DNA of 64,000 bases, taken from contig CAJXNT010000003.1 in the NCBI GenBank assembly GCA_913057225.1, forward strand, positions 4,751 to 68,750. The letters run 5' to 3'. This DNA comes from an uncultured Mycoplasmatota bacterium (GTDB lineage: Bacteria; Bacillota_I; Bacilli_A; Izemoplasmatales; Izemoplasmataceae). Positions within the stretch are counted from its first letter, which is position 1, and each line of letters opens with the position of its first letter. Positions 1 to 8,911 of the stretch are shown here, piece by piece. The notes under the pieces were generated by a model that was not told the origin of the DNA, made no database searches, and saw only the letters and a program-made list of their open reading frames with translations. The position numbers were made by a program, and so were the translations under genes.

Positions 1-599
1 AAAAAAGAACGTATTACGATGATCTTAAACACTTTCAAAAAATTCAAAGCGCCACGGCCATTCGCACCCATTTAAAAACGGGTAAGTCTGCCAAAACGTA
101 TGTGCCAGACCCATTGGCATCAAAAATCGATGGCCTGCCTACGGTGGAGCTGGAAGATTTTTATGAGGCGTTTTCCTACCGGCTCAAAATGGTATCTCAA
201 GAAGCATTTGAGGATCAGTTCGGGTTTTATGAAGGACTTGAGAATCGCTTTTTAAAAGCCAAGGAAGCCCCGACGATGATGGACTTTTTAGACGCGGTGA
301 AAACCCCCCGGTACACGTATGCGCACTTAGGCCGAGCGATGATGCATTTTTTACTGCATACCCCCCAGTCATTCAGTCAATTTAAAACGCCGCCCTATCT
401 TCGAATCTTGGGCATGAACGCGGGAGGCCAAGCGTATCTGAATCACGTGAAAAAAACCACCGAACTGCCCCTGGTCACATCGGCTAAAAAAGGCCAACAT
501 CCACTGCTTGATTTTGAATTAAAAATCGCCCAACTCATCGCCTCCAAAACGCATGAACCCTTGGCCCAAAAAGAAATGGGACCACCGCTGGGCGTTTGA
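1..599 (+). CDS. C-terminal part of a YlbM/TmcAL-type nucleotidyltransferase (tRNA-Met cytidine acetate ligase family); 5' end outside window
   Basis: Reading frame (phase from nt 3) is open from the window edge (..SATAIRTHLKTGK.. precedes the GTG used by the ORF track). The block ..YLRILGMNAGGQAYLNHVKK.. resembles UPF0348/YlbM proteins. TGA at 597-599. Confidence 0.5.
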   Translation, partial: KRTYYDDLKHFQKIQSATAIRTHLKTGKSAKTYVPDPLASKIDGLPTVELEDFYEAFSYRLKMVSQEAFEDQFGFYEGLENRFLKAKEAPTMMDFLDAVKTPRYTYAHLGRAMMHFLLHTPQSFSQFKTPPYLRILGMNAGGQAYLNHVKKTTELPLVTSAKKGQHPLLDFELKIAQLIASKTHEPLAQKEMGPPLGV

Positions 600-650
600 A
601 ACATCCCCACAAATTCTCTATAATGAACCTTTAGAAAGTAAGGTGACCCC

Positions 651-1652
651 ATGGGAGCAAAAACCGACATTAAAGAAGCCATTGAATCGATCGTCGATCC
701 GTCCAATGGTCAAACTTTAAAAGACAATCATGCCATTCAATTCATCGACATCACCGAAGACCATAAAGTCTCGCTCATTTTAGGCATTCACAAAGTGGAT
801 GAAGACACCAAGAAAAAACTCAACCGAGCGTTGGCCAAAGTCATCAAACTGGACCTCGGCTATCAAGGCTTAAAAATCACCTTTGAAGCGCTGAAAAAAC
901 AAGGCAGTGTGGTCGATGAAAAACGCGAAATCACCTACATTGGCGTGGCTTCCGGTAAAGGCGGGGTGGGAAAATCCACCGTCGCCGCCAATTTAGCGGT
1001 GGCGCTTTCGCGGATTGGGAAAAAAACCGCCATCATTGATGCTGACATTTATGGTTCTTCCATTCCCAATTTACTGGATTTACCCGTGGAACTGCCGAAA
1101 GCCGATGACGACCAAAAAATCATTCCCTTTAAAGCCTTTGATTTAGAAGTCATTGCGACGGAGTTTTTCTTGAAAGAAGATCAACCCTTGATGTGGCGAG
1201 GGCCAATGCTTGGGAAAATGCTCAACCACTTCTTTTACGACGTCAAATGGGCCGATGACACGGAATACATCATCGTTGATTTACCCCCTGGCACCGGCGA
1301 TGTGGCCATGGACATCCAAAAAATCATTCCCAAATGCGAAATGGTGATCGTCACCACCCCGCATCCGAGCGCATCCAATGTGGCCGTTAAAGCGGGGTTT
1401 GCGGCCAAGCAACTCGAACACGAACTGCTCGGCGTGATTGAAAACATGACCGCCTTTGAAGCCGAAGGAAAAACCTATGCGATATTCGGTGAAGGCGGCG
1501 GAAAAACCGTCGCGAATAAACTGGACGTTGAGGTCCTCGCGGAGATTCCCATTCAAGCCCCAAAGGCTCACAAAGGCATTTATGAAATGCATGAAGAGCT
1601 TGGGGTGATCTATCTCGGCCTAGCCAATAAAATCATCAAAAAACTCACCTAA
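651..1652 (+). CDS. Mrp/ApbC-family Fe-S cluster carrier ATPase with N-terminal DUF59-like segment
   Basis: Deviant Walker A GVASGKGGVGKST, DLPPGTGD switch motif, SD aaggtga upstream of ATG. Confidence 0.85.
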   Translation: MGAKTDIKEAIESIVDPSNGQTLKDNHAIQFIDITEDHKVSLILGIHKVDEDTKKKLNRALAKVIKLDLGYQGLKITFEALKKQGSVVDEKREITYIGVASGKGGVGKSTVAANLAVALSRIGKKTAIIDADIYGSSIPNLLDLPVELPKADDDQKIIPFKAFDLEVIATEFFLKEDQPLMWRGPMLGKMLNHFFYDVKWADDTEYIIVDLPPGTGDVAMDIQKIIPKCEMVIVTTPHPSASNVAVKAGFAAKQLEHELLGVIENMTAFEAEGKTYAIFGEGGGKTVANKLDVEVLAEIPIQAPKAHKGIYEMHEELGVIYLGLANKIIKKLT

Positions 1653-1654
1653 AT

Positions 1655-1689
1655 AAAAGTGAGAAGGATAAATCCTTCTCACTTTTTTT
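1655..1689. terminator. Bidirectional intrinsic terminator between convergent mrp-like gene and surface-protein gene
   Basis: AAAAGTGAGAAGGA-taaa-TCCTTCTCACTTTT perfect 14-bp stem flanked by A and T runs. Confidence 0.85.
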
Positions 1690-4600
1690 AATGATATTTT
1701 CTAATGACCAGAAAAACCCCGAAACCAATGGACACCAAACCAACTAAAAGCCAAGGAATCCAAGGTGTGGGGGCAGGCTCTAAGGATAAACGAGCGATTA
1801 ATTCAATCTCACCTAAACGAAGGGGCTCCGAAGAATCAACCCGTTGCCAGTATTCACCGTCATAGATTGCATAATCTTCGCCCTCAGCCAGCTGGATAAA
1901 TAGCATATTTGCATCCAGGGTAGGATCCGAGATATTCCACTCAACCACTTGAATGGTGTTTGAAACCAATGATTCTTCTTGCAACATGGTTTCAATGGTT
2001 TGGCCATGATCTTTTGAAGGGAAGCTTGAAAAGACAATGGATTGACCTGGGATAATCTCCGTTGGACCCTCAAATGAATGAATCGTAAGGCGTTCTGGTA
2101 AGACTGTATAGTTAAGCCTTGGAATCTCTGTGATTATGACCAATTCCTCATCATAGATCCACTCAATATCTAAGATGTGACTGCCAAGATTGGTATTCGG
2201 TGTCCAACGAGCTTCGACAAAATCCGGAACATCCTCGAGTTCAATCGTGATGTCTGAGACAACAAATTGTGTACGCGAAAGTTCAACGTTGGAAAGATCA
2301 ATAGGTCTTTTTTCTATATAGAACGGGTACGTGATAGGGGCGATCGATCCGTCACTCCATTCGGTTTGACGAGGGTCATCTAAGATTAACGTATACGCAT
2401 ACGCGCCAGGGACCGTTTGGGCACTGACAGAAACACTCACGCCATCGATAGAGGGTATGGATGGAATCTGTTCGGTGCCATCATAGATGAGTATTTCTGG
2501 AAGATTATTAGGAATATTAATCGAGGTTTTTTGAAAAATCTCCCACTCTAACACAGAGGGTGGATTGGAAATTGAGATACGCGATGTGTCATAAACAAAG
2601 CGAGCATTGGCGGTGTATATCCCCGGTTGAGATGCCTGATGATTTTCATAAATGACCTCAACAAATTCTGGCACATTCATGAGCTCAACTGATTGAATCT
2701 CTCCAGTGAAGGAGAACACCGAGTCATAATTCCACATCCAATCACTTGCATCGATGATGGCCTTGGTAATTGCATAGTCAATAAGTACTTCAGTTGAACC
2801 GTCATCAAATACCATATTCTTTGGATCAATGACTGAATACTTCACGGTATAAATTCCGACATCGGTGCTTGAAATGGCTTCGCGAGTGACAGGAAGTGAT
2901 GGATTTTGGGGGCCTAGGACCTCTCCATTAAAGGCGAATGACGTGACTTGAATCTCAGGTGTTTCTACGATCATCGGCGTGATTTCCCATTCGATTTGAA
3001 TGGGATCAGTGCTGCCATTTGAAAAGACTAAATTATTTGGATCTTGAAGCTCAATGACGTACGTATGAATGCCAACTTGGCTGGCGAGTTCTGAGGTGGC
3101 CACACTTCCCGGATATACCTCAACACCCGGATAATTATCAAATCCATTAAAAGCAAATTGGGTCACCAATACGGCGGGGACACTGACCACAAGAGGCGTG
3201 ATTTCCCACGTGATTTCAACCGGATCGGTTGATCCATCTGAAAAAACACTATTTTCTGAATCGATCAGTTCGACCGTATACGTATAAATACCTACTTGAG
3301 ACGCAGGCATCCCGGTACTCTCAGACCCAGGAAACACCTCTAATAATGGGTAATTATCAGCACCCTGAAAGGCATATTGGGTGACTAAAATGGCTGGAAG
3401 ACTCACGATGAGTGGGTTAATTTCCCAAGGGATTTCAATGGGGTCACTGGTCCCATCGGGCCATGTCTGATTGCCCGGATAATCAAGGCTGACCGTGGCC
3501 GTGTAAGCTCCTACAGACACTCCTGTTGCATGAGTCATCGTGGAGCCTGGACGGACAAATGCGCCCACTTCGTGGATCACATTTCCAAAGGCAAATGATG
3601 TGACCACGACGGCGGGTTTAGAGATTATCATAGGGGTAATTTCCCATTGAATGGCCACTTGGGTGGTCCCATCCACAAATTGAATTTGATCAGGATTGTT
3701 CACCTGAGCATACGCGGTATAAATGCCCGCCTCCGATGCGATGGTCGTACCTGTTAATGAGGTTTCATCATAGATAACAACTTCCGGTTGATTTAAAAAC
3801 CCTGTAAATCCAAAACGAGTCACACCAATTGAGGGTTTAGTAATGGCTGTCAGCGGGAAAATTTCCCACTCAACCGTGAATGCACTGGTGGTCCCGTTGG
3901 AAAAAATCGTATTATCCGGATCGATCAGTTCAACCGTATAGGTGTGAATGCCAACTTCACTGACAAGATCTGAGGATCCCTGACTGCCAGGAAAAATTTC
4001 GAGCGCCGGACGGTTTAAATCGCCTGTAAAAGCAAATCGAGTCACCGTAATGCTTGGAATCGTAATCACTCCACGCGTGATTGACCAAGGAATGTTGAAG
4101 GCCGCATTGGTCCCGTTGCTAAATCGCATGTTGGGGGGATCCAATAATTCAACCGTATAGGTGTGAATTCCGACATGTGAGACCATGTCGCCGGTGGCCT
4201 CACTCCCAGGGAACACACTCACTTCGGGTCGATTTAAAAACCCTGTAAACGCAAATTCAGTCACACCCACCGCAGGGACTGAAACTATCATGGGGGTAAT
4301 TTCCCATTGAAAATCTATGGCGGTTCGTGTGGTATTTGCAAAACGAGTGTTCACAGCATCCACAAGTTCAATGGTCCATGTGTAAATACCTGCCTGTGAT
4401 TGCAGTTGCGATGTTGATTGGCTTCCAGGGTAGGCCAGTATATCCGGGTAGTTGTCAAAGCTGCTAAAGGCGAATTGAGTGATTCCCACGGCGGGAGGCG
4501 TAATGATTTTGGGTGTAATCGCCCATGTTATGGTTTTGTCCTCTGTGGTCGCATCATCCCACGTATAGGAAGCGGGCGTCACCAATGATAGTACCGCTTC

Positions 4601-4870
4601 ATAATCTCCCACATTAATCGCTTGAGTGGATGTGATGGTGTATGCCTCATTGAGGGGCACATCAATGCCCACTGGGCTCCCTGTAAAGCTGACTTGAGTG
4701 ATGGACACCGCTGGAACCGTGATTGCGGTGGGGGAGACATCATACACTTGAGTTTCTTGGGCACTCAAAGAAAGTTGATTCGGGACAAACATATATAAAG
4801 CCAGAATAAGCAAAAATAAGCCTAATTTTTTAATTCTCAAAAAATGAATGTGAAAGGGATCAAATATCAT
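1688..4870 (-). CDS. Large (1060 aa) secreted, C-terminally membrane-anchored repeat protein (putative adhesin)
   Basis: Signal-peptide-like N-terminus (RIKKLGLFLLILALYMFVPNQLSLSAQ). Eleven tandem modules. C-terminal hydrophobic helix WIPWLLVGLVSIGFGVFLVI followed by RKYH. No LPXTG. ATG overlaps the MATE stop (ATGA). Confidence 0.85.
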   Translation of the reverse strand: MIFDPFHIHFLRIKKLGLFLLILALYMFVPNQLSLSAQETQVYDVSPTAITVPAVSITQVSFTGSPVGIDVPLNEAYTITSTQAINVGDYEAVLSLVTPASYTWDDATTEDKTITWAITPKIITPPAVGITQFAFSSFDNYPDILAYPGSQSTSQLQSQAGIYTWTIELVDAVNTRFANTTRTAIDFQWEITPMIVSVPAVGVTEFAFTGFLNRPEVSVFPGSEATGDMVSHVGIHTYTVELLDPPNMRFSNGTNAAFNIPWSITRGVITIPSITVTRFAFTGDLNRPALEIFPGSQGSSDLVSEVGIHTYTVELIDPDNTIFSNGTTSAFTVEWEIFPLTAITKPSIGVTRFGFTGFLNQPEVVIYDETSLTGTTIASEAGIYTAYAQVNNPDQIQFVDGTTQVAIQWEITPMIISKPAVVVTSFAFGNVIHEVGAFVRPGSTMTHATGVSVGAYTATVSLDYPGNQTWPDGTSDPIEIPWEINPLIVSLPAILVTQYAFQGADNYPLLEVFPGSESTGMPASQVGIYTYTVELIDSENSVFSDGSTDPVEITWEITPLVVSVPAVLVTQFAFNGFDNYPGVEVYPGSVATSELASQVGIHTYVIELQDPNNLVFSNGSTDPIQIEWEITPMIVETPEIQVTSFAFNGEVLGPQNPSLPVTREAISSTDVGIYTVKYSVIDPKNMVFDDGSTEVLIDYAITKAIIDASDWMWNYDSVFSFTGEIQSVELMNVPEFVEVIYENHQASQPGIYTANARFVYDTSRISISNPPSVLEWEIFQKTSINIPNNLPEILIYDGTEQIPSIPSIDGVSVSVSAQTVPGAYAYTLILDDPRQTEWSDGSIAPITYPFYIEKRPIDLSNVELSRTQFVVSDITIELEDVPDFVEARWTPNTNLGSHILDIEWIYDEELVIITEIPRLNYTVLPERLTIHSFEGPTEIIPGQSIVFSSFPSKDHGQTIETMLQEESLVSNTIQVVEWNISDPTLDANMLFIQLAEGEDYAIYDGEYWQRVDSSEPLRLGEIELIARLSLEPAPTPWIPWLLVGLVSIGFGVFLVIRKYH
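2303..4741 (-). repeat. Eleven tandem 71-77-aa (213-231 nt) coding repeats; most regular core (seven 73/74-aa units) at 2975-4510
   Basis: Units end W(E/A/S)I(T/F/N)P and share ..P(A/S)V.VT.FAF.G..N.P....(F/Y)PGS......S.VGI(H/Y)TYTVEL.D..N..FS(N/D)G(S/T).... The last unit has LIYDGTEQ, recalling YDG/MBG-type adhesin repeats. Identical 19-21-mers recur 219 and 660 nt apart. Confidence 0.85.
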
Positions 4871-6270
4871 GAAGCTGCCTCGATAAGCTGAAGTCTAAAT
4901 TGCCTTACTTGATGGAAATAAAAGGCCACTGAAATTAAACCCGCGAGGGCATCCGACACCACGAATGTGAGCCAAATCCCATCCAGCCCGAAGAGGCTCG
5001 AAAAGATGAATGCAAGCGGCACAAATAGAATAAACTGTCTGAGTAAGGCAATGAATAAAGCGCGTTTGGCATCGCCCATGGCTTGATAAATGGATGACAT
5101 CATAATTTGGAAGCCAATTAAACCAAATCCCAGCGCAATGATGCGGAACGCTCGCCCGCCTTCGGCGATGAAAAAGGCATCGGCATCGCGAGAAAAGAGC
5201 ACGAAAAACGATTCTGAAAAGAGCACGGTGATTCCACTCATCGTGAAGAAATAGATCGTAATGAGCAGCAATGAGAAGGTAATGCTTTGCATGAGCCGGC
5301 CAATTTTTTTGGCCCCATAATTAAACCCAACAATCGGTTGTAAGCCTTGAACCAGGCCAATTCCTGGTAAGAGTAAGAACGTAATCAACCGGGTGATCAC
5401 GCCGTAAATGGAAATATAAATGGCGGGATCATTGGGCGCGTATTGATTGATGAGCTGATTGACAATGATGACCAGCACCGCCCCTAAGACATTGCGGATA
5501 AACGTCGGCATCCCGATGGTAAAAATCTCTAGCACCATCTTCATGTCAATCTTGAAAATGTAGCGCAAGTTGATCATCAAAGCACTATCTTTTGAAAGCG
5601 CGTGATACAAAATATACGCAAAGGCGAGTGTTTTTGCAATGAGTGTGGCAATCGCGGCCCCGGTGACGCCGAGATCGAGTAAGGGGATGCCTAATAGGGA
5701 CGGGAAGATAAAGATGGGATCCAGCACAATATTAACGATCGCCCCAATCAATAAAGACTTCATGGCGATGCCGGCACGCCCTTCCGCACGGGTTAAGTTG
5801 GTGAGGACGAGACTGCCCGAATAAGGAATTAAGGAAATCATGATAAAGCCCAGGTAATCTCGGGCAAAGCCGATGTTAGATGCCGTGGCCCCAAAGAGTC
5901 TCAGTAAAGGATTTAAGAAAATAAGCCCTAAAACAGTGAGAGTGGAAGAGATAAAGAGGGTCATCGTTAAGGCGGTCATCACGGAGCGTTTCATGGTCTC
6001 GGTGTCGCCGCGTCCATAGGCTCTTGAGAAAATCGAGGCAGAGCCAATGCCAATCATCAGGCCTAGAGCTAAAATGACCAACTGAACGGGAAAGGCAATG
6101 GCGAGCGCGCCGATGGCAATCTCTCCGGAATCCCACGCCACAAACAACGTATCGACTAAGTTATATAGGGCGTTGGCAAACATGGCGATGATGGCGGGAA
6201 TGGCCAGTTTAAAGACCAACCGTTTCACGTCCATGGTGCCTAACATGATGCTTCTTTCTTCTGCGGTCAT
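4867..6270 (-). CDS. MATE-family efflux transporter
   Basis: 12-TM-like hydrophobic profile, N-terminal ..LAIPAIIAMFANALYNLVDTLFV.. typical of MATE/NorM; SD aggagg 5 nt upstream of ATG. Confidence 0.8.
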   Translation of the reverse strand: MTAEERSIMLGTMDVKRLVFKLAIPAIIAMFANALYNLVDTLFVAWDSGEIAIGALAIAFPVQLVILALGLMIGIGSASIFSRAYGRGDTETMKRSVMTALTMTLFISSTLTVLGLIFLNPLLRLFGATASNIGFARDYLGFIMISLIPYSGSLVLTNLTRAEGRAGIAMKSLLIGAIVNIVLDPIFIFPSLLGIPLLDLGVTGAAIATLIAKTLAFAYILYHALSKDSALMINLRYIFKIDMKMVLEIFTIGMPTFIRNVLGAVLVIIVNQLINQYAPNDPAIYISIYGVITRLITFLLLPGIGLVQGLQPIVGFNYGAKKIGRLMQSITFSLLLITIYFFTMSGITVLFSESFFVLFSRDADAFFIAEGGRAFRIIALGFGLIGFQIMMSSIYQAMGDAKRALFIALLRQFILFVPLAFIFSSLFGLDGIWLTFVVSDALAGLISVAFYFHQVRQFRLQLIEAAS

Positions 6271-6291
6271 AACGCCTCCTGAATAAAATCA

Positions 6292-6300
6292 AGTATAGCA
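6292..6300 (-). promoter_or_regulatory. Extended -10 promoter element (TGcTATACT) upstream of the MATE gene
   Basis: Minus-strand TGCTATACT lies 21 nt upstream of the ATG, just before the SD. No good -35. Confidence 0.45.
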
Positions 6301-6332
6301 TAATCCGGCGCGATGACGCATGCGAGGGGCGT

Positions 6333-7556
6333 TTAATCGTGTTCGATGCGACCCAAGTATTTGGCGAGTTGTCTTAAATTACTTTCCGCTTCTTTATAGC
6401 GGTTGATGCTGCGTTGAAATTCCGCCAGTTCATGATAAAGCATGCGGGCCATATCCGGCATGTACACCTCTTTAAGAATGGGCAACACGTCATGACGAAT
6501 GAACGTGGCGCGTTGTTTCGGATCTTCGAGCTTCGAGAGTTCATACACTTTTTTATAAATCAACTGGAAATGGCTGACCTTTTCAAACGCCGCATCATCA
6601 AATTGTTTGTATTTCATGGCTTGCAGGAGTTTGATTTCATAAAACGCATCATCCATGACGGCTTCATTCACTTGAATGGTCGGACAGTGACGGCCTAAAT
6701 CCAGCGCATTGTTCATGCACAACAAGGTTTTCATGTTGATGAGTTCTTCGGTGACTTTGAAGCTGGACGCTTTCATGCATGATTCATAGACGTATTCCGG
6801 GTCTTCACGGTTGAGATACTGAAGGTGCGTGAGATACATCTTGGCGGTGTATTTCGATTGGATGAGGGAGGAGGCAAGTTCACAGGCCTTATCGTAAAGA
6901 CGCTTCGCGACATGGGGTTTTTCCGCCGCTTCGGCGGTTAAATACCCGTAATAGTTCATCAAAAAATGATACTCAAAACTCGCCACATTGACCTTAGAAA
7001 TCAATGAAATCATTTTGAATCCACGGTCGTATTTTTTCATGTGATAGGCTTGCACCAACGCCAGTAAACTGAGCGCCAAATGATCATGAAATGAAAGTGC
7101 ATCAAACCGTGGCCACAACGCCTCAACGATTTCTTTGGAGACGAAAAACCGTTTTTCTAAGACGGCAATGAATCCTTCCATGAGGGTGTGTGAAGAGACA
7201 AACAGTGGATCGACTGTGGCTTTTTTTAACGCTTTTAAGCCATCAATGTTTTGATCGTAAAACAGTTCAATGGCGCTTAAGATGCCATCATTGACGGTGA
7301 CATTATCCGGTTGGTCTTCTTCCACGGTGATCGGTAGACCCACGCGCTCGGCTAAAAGTTTTAAACTCTCAGGCGATCCTTTGATGTCGTTGTTTTCCAC
7401 TTTGGATAAATAGCTTGGAGCGACAATCCCATCGGTCGCTTCTTCCAAGTTCATGCCTTTATCCAAACGTTTTTGTTTGAGACAATCGCCCAACCACGCG
7501 AGTGATTGCTTTTTAGGGTACTGATTTTTTTCAATTAAACTGTCATAAAAATTCAT
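6333..7556 (-). CDS. XRE-type HTH + long helical-repeat (TPR-like) transcriptional regulator, paralog D (407 aa)
   Basis: HTH ..LKQKRLDKGMNLEEATDGIVAPSYLSKVENNDIKGS... Helical C-terminal ~340 aa ending ..SINRYKEAESNLRQLAKYL... Start moved to the ATG at 7556 (SD ggaaggcgg); the ORF-track start sits right after a terminator. Confidence 0.7.
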   Translation of the reverse strand: MNFYDSLIEKNQYPKKQSLAWLGDCLKQKRLDKGMNLEEATDGIVAPSYLSKVENNDIKGSPESLKLLAERVGLPITVEEDQPDNVTVNDGILSAIELFYDQNIDGLKALKKATVDPLFVSSHTLMEGFIAVLEKRFFVSKEIVEALWPRFDALSFHDHLALSLLALVQAYHMKKYDRGFKMISLISKVNVASFEYHFLMNYYGYLTAEAAEKPHVAKRLYDKACELASSLIQSKYTAKMYLTHLQYLNREDPEYVYESCMKASSFKVTEELINMKTLLCMNNALDLGRHCPTIQVNEAVMDDAFYEIKLLQAMKYKQFDDAAFEKVSHFQLIYKKVYELSKLEDPKQRATFIRHDVLPILKEVYMPDMARMLYHELAEFQRSINRYKEAESNLRQLAKYLGRIEHD

Positions 7557-7614
7557 TGTATTTCCGCCTTCCAAAGTATTTTTTTTGTGTAACATAGCAA
7601 CTTCATTCATAAAA

Positions 7615-7642
7615 AAAACATCTTAGAAATACAAGATGTTTT
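7615..7642. terminator. Terminator-like hairpin immediately upstream of regulator D
   Basis: AAAACATCTT-agaaatac-AAGATGTTTT, 10-bp stem flanked by A8 (plus) / T-run on both strands. Confidence 0.6.
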
Positions 7643-7662
7643 ATTTGAAAAAGTTCTAAATA

Positions 7663-7682
7663 AAAAACGCCAAACGGCGTTA
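7663..7682 (-). terminator. Intrinsic terminator of nth
   Basis: Minus strand AACGCC-gttt-GGCGTT followed by TTTTTATTT; stem overlaps nth stop codon. Confidence 0.65.
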
Positions 7683-8312
7683 AGTGACTTTAATATGCGG
7701 AAAACGGCATTCCGATTTTAATGGACAATTGTCACATTTTGGGGCTTGCGCTTTGCAGTGATAGCGACCAAAAAGTATCATTTGGTGATGAAGTCTTGTC
7801 CAGCGTTCTTTCGGAAACTTCTTCATTAATTTGGTCTCAACTTTAAGGGGAGAATCTTTTTTAAAGGCTAGTTTCAAGCGTTTAGACACGCGTGATACAT
7901 GCGTATCCACGGCAATTCGAGGCTCGTTAAAAAGCACAGAGACCACGACATTCGCGGTTTTTCTTCCCACGCCAGGGAGTGTTTGTAAGAACTCGAGGTC
8001 ATTGGGGACGTTTCCCCCGGTTTTTTCGAGTAATATGCGCGCGGTTTTTTGCAAGTTTTTGGCTTTGGATTTATAAAGTCCAATGCTTTTAATCTGGGCT
8101 TCAATGGCTTCTAAAGGGGCCTCCGCAATCGCTTTTAAACTTGGGAATGTGCCAAAGAGTTGGGGAGTCACTTTATTGACCGATACATCGGTGGCTTGCG
8201 CACTGAGTAACACGGCAATTAAAAGTTCATAATCCTTGTGATACGTCAGTTCCGTCTCCGCCACCGGATACATCGTATCCAAAACAGATAAGATGGTCTC
8301 TACTTTTCCCAT
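7680..8312 (-). CDS. nth: Endonuclease III
   Basis: HhH-GPD motif LPGVGRKTANVV, C-terminal 4Fe-4S cluster loop CKAQAPKCDNCPLKSEC. Confidence 0.92.
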   Translation of the reverse strand: MGKVETILSVLDTMYPVAETELTYHKDYELLIAVLLSAQATDVSVNKVTPQLFGTFPSLKAIAEAPLEAIEAQIKSIGLYKSKAKNLQKTARILLEKTGGNVPNDLEFLQTLPGVGRKTANVVVSVLFNEPRIAVDTHVSRVSKRLKLAFKKDSPLKVETKLMKKFPKERWTRLHHQMILFGRYHCKAQAPKCDNCPLKSECRFPHIKVT

Positions 8313-8911
8313 AAGGCCTTCACTTTTTCTAAGACATCTTTTTGCGGGGGTGTGTAGGGTTTGACCGGCGCTTTATACAGATGTTTATAAATGGTTTTCA
8401 TGCTTGGGTATGAACTTGACACACTCGCGAGGGCGGCTTGTTTAATTTCTTCCACGGTGTAGCCATTTTGCAGCATCGATCCGAGCGCCGTTAAATCGGC
8501 GGGAATCAAGGGTTTTTGAAACGTTTCTTCAATGAACGCAATGAGTTCATCTTCGGAGGAGAGCAAGGTTTTTTGAACTTCTTTTTCAAGCACGTGAATC
8601 GCTTCTGCGACATAGGTATCTAGATGGAATATTTCTTTGCTTTTGCCGTCGTGATCGGAGAGTTCAATGGTCAAATATCCTTTTTCAATGAGGCCATTGA
8701 GGAGTGTTTCAGCTTCAGCGGGGGTGACATTCACCATGGCGGCAAAAAGCGAGGGCTTAATCAAGGAAATTTGCTTTTCCATGAGTTTATAAAGCTTAAT
8801 AAGTGCCATCGCTTCCAGGGCACTGAGATTTAGATGCTTATACGTGGATAACACCAACTGATCAAACGATACAATGTGCTTTTCCAGCATGAGTTTATAA
8901 ATCGGTTTCAC
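8300..8911 (-). CDS. dnaD: DnaD-family replication initiation / helicase-loading protein
   Basis: Winged-helix-like N-terminus plus C-terminal DnaD-type domain; dnaD-nth adjacency as in B. subtilis; GTG start with SD aaggagg. Confidence 0.7.
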   Translation of the reverse strand: MKPIYKLMLEKHIVSFDQLVLSTYKHLNLSALEAMALIKLYKLMEKQISLIKPSLFAAMVNVTPAEAETLLNGLIEKGYLTIELSDHDGKSKEIFHLDTYVAEAIHVLEKEVQKTLLSSEDELIAFIEETFQKPLIPADLTALGSMLQNGYTVEEIKQAALASVSSSYPSMKTIYKHLYKAPVKPYTPPQKDVLEKVKALWEK

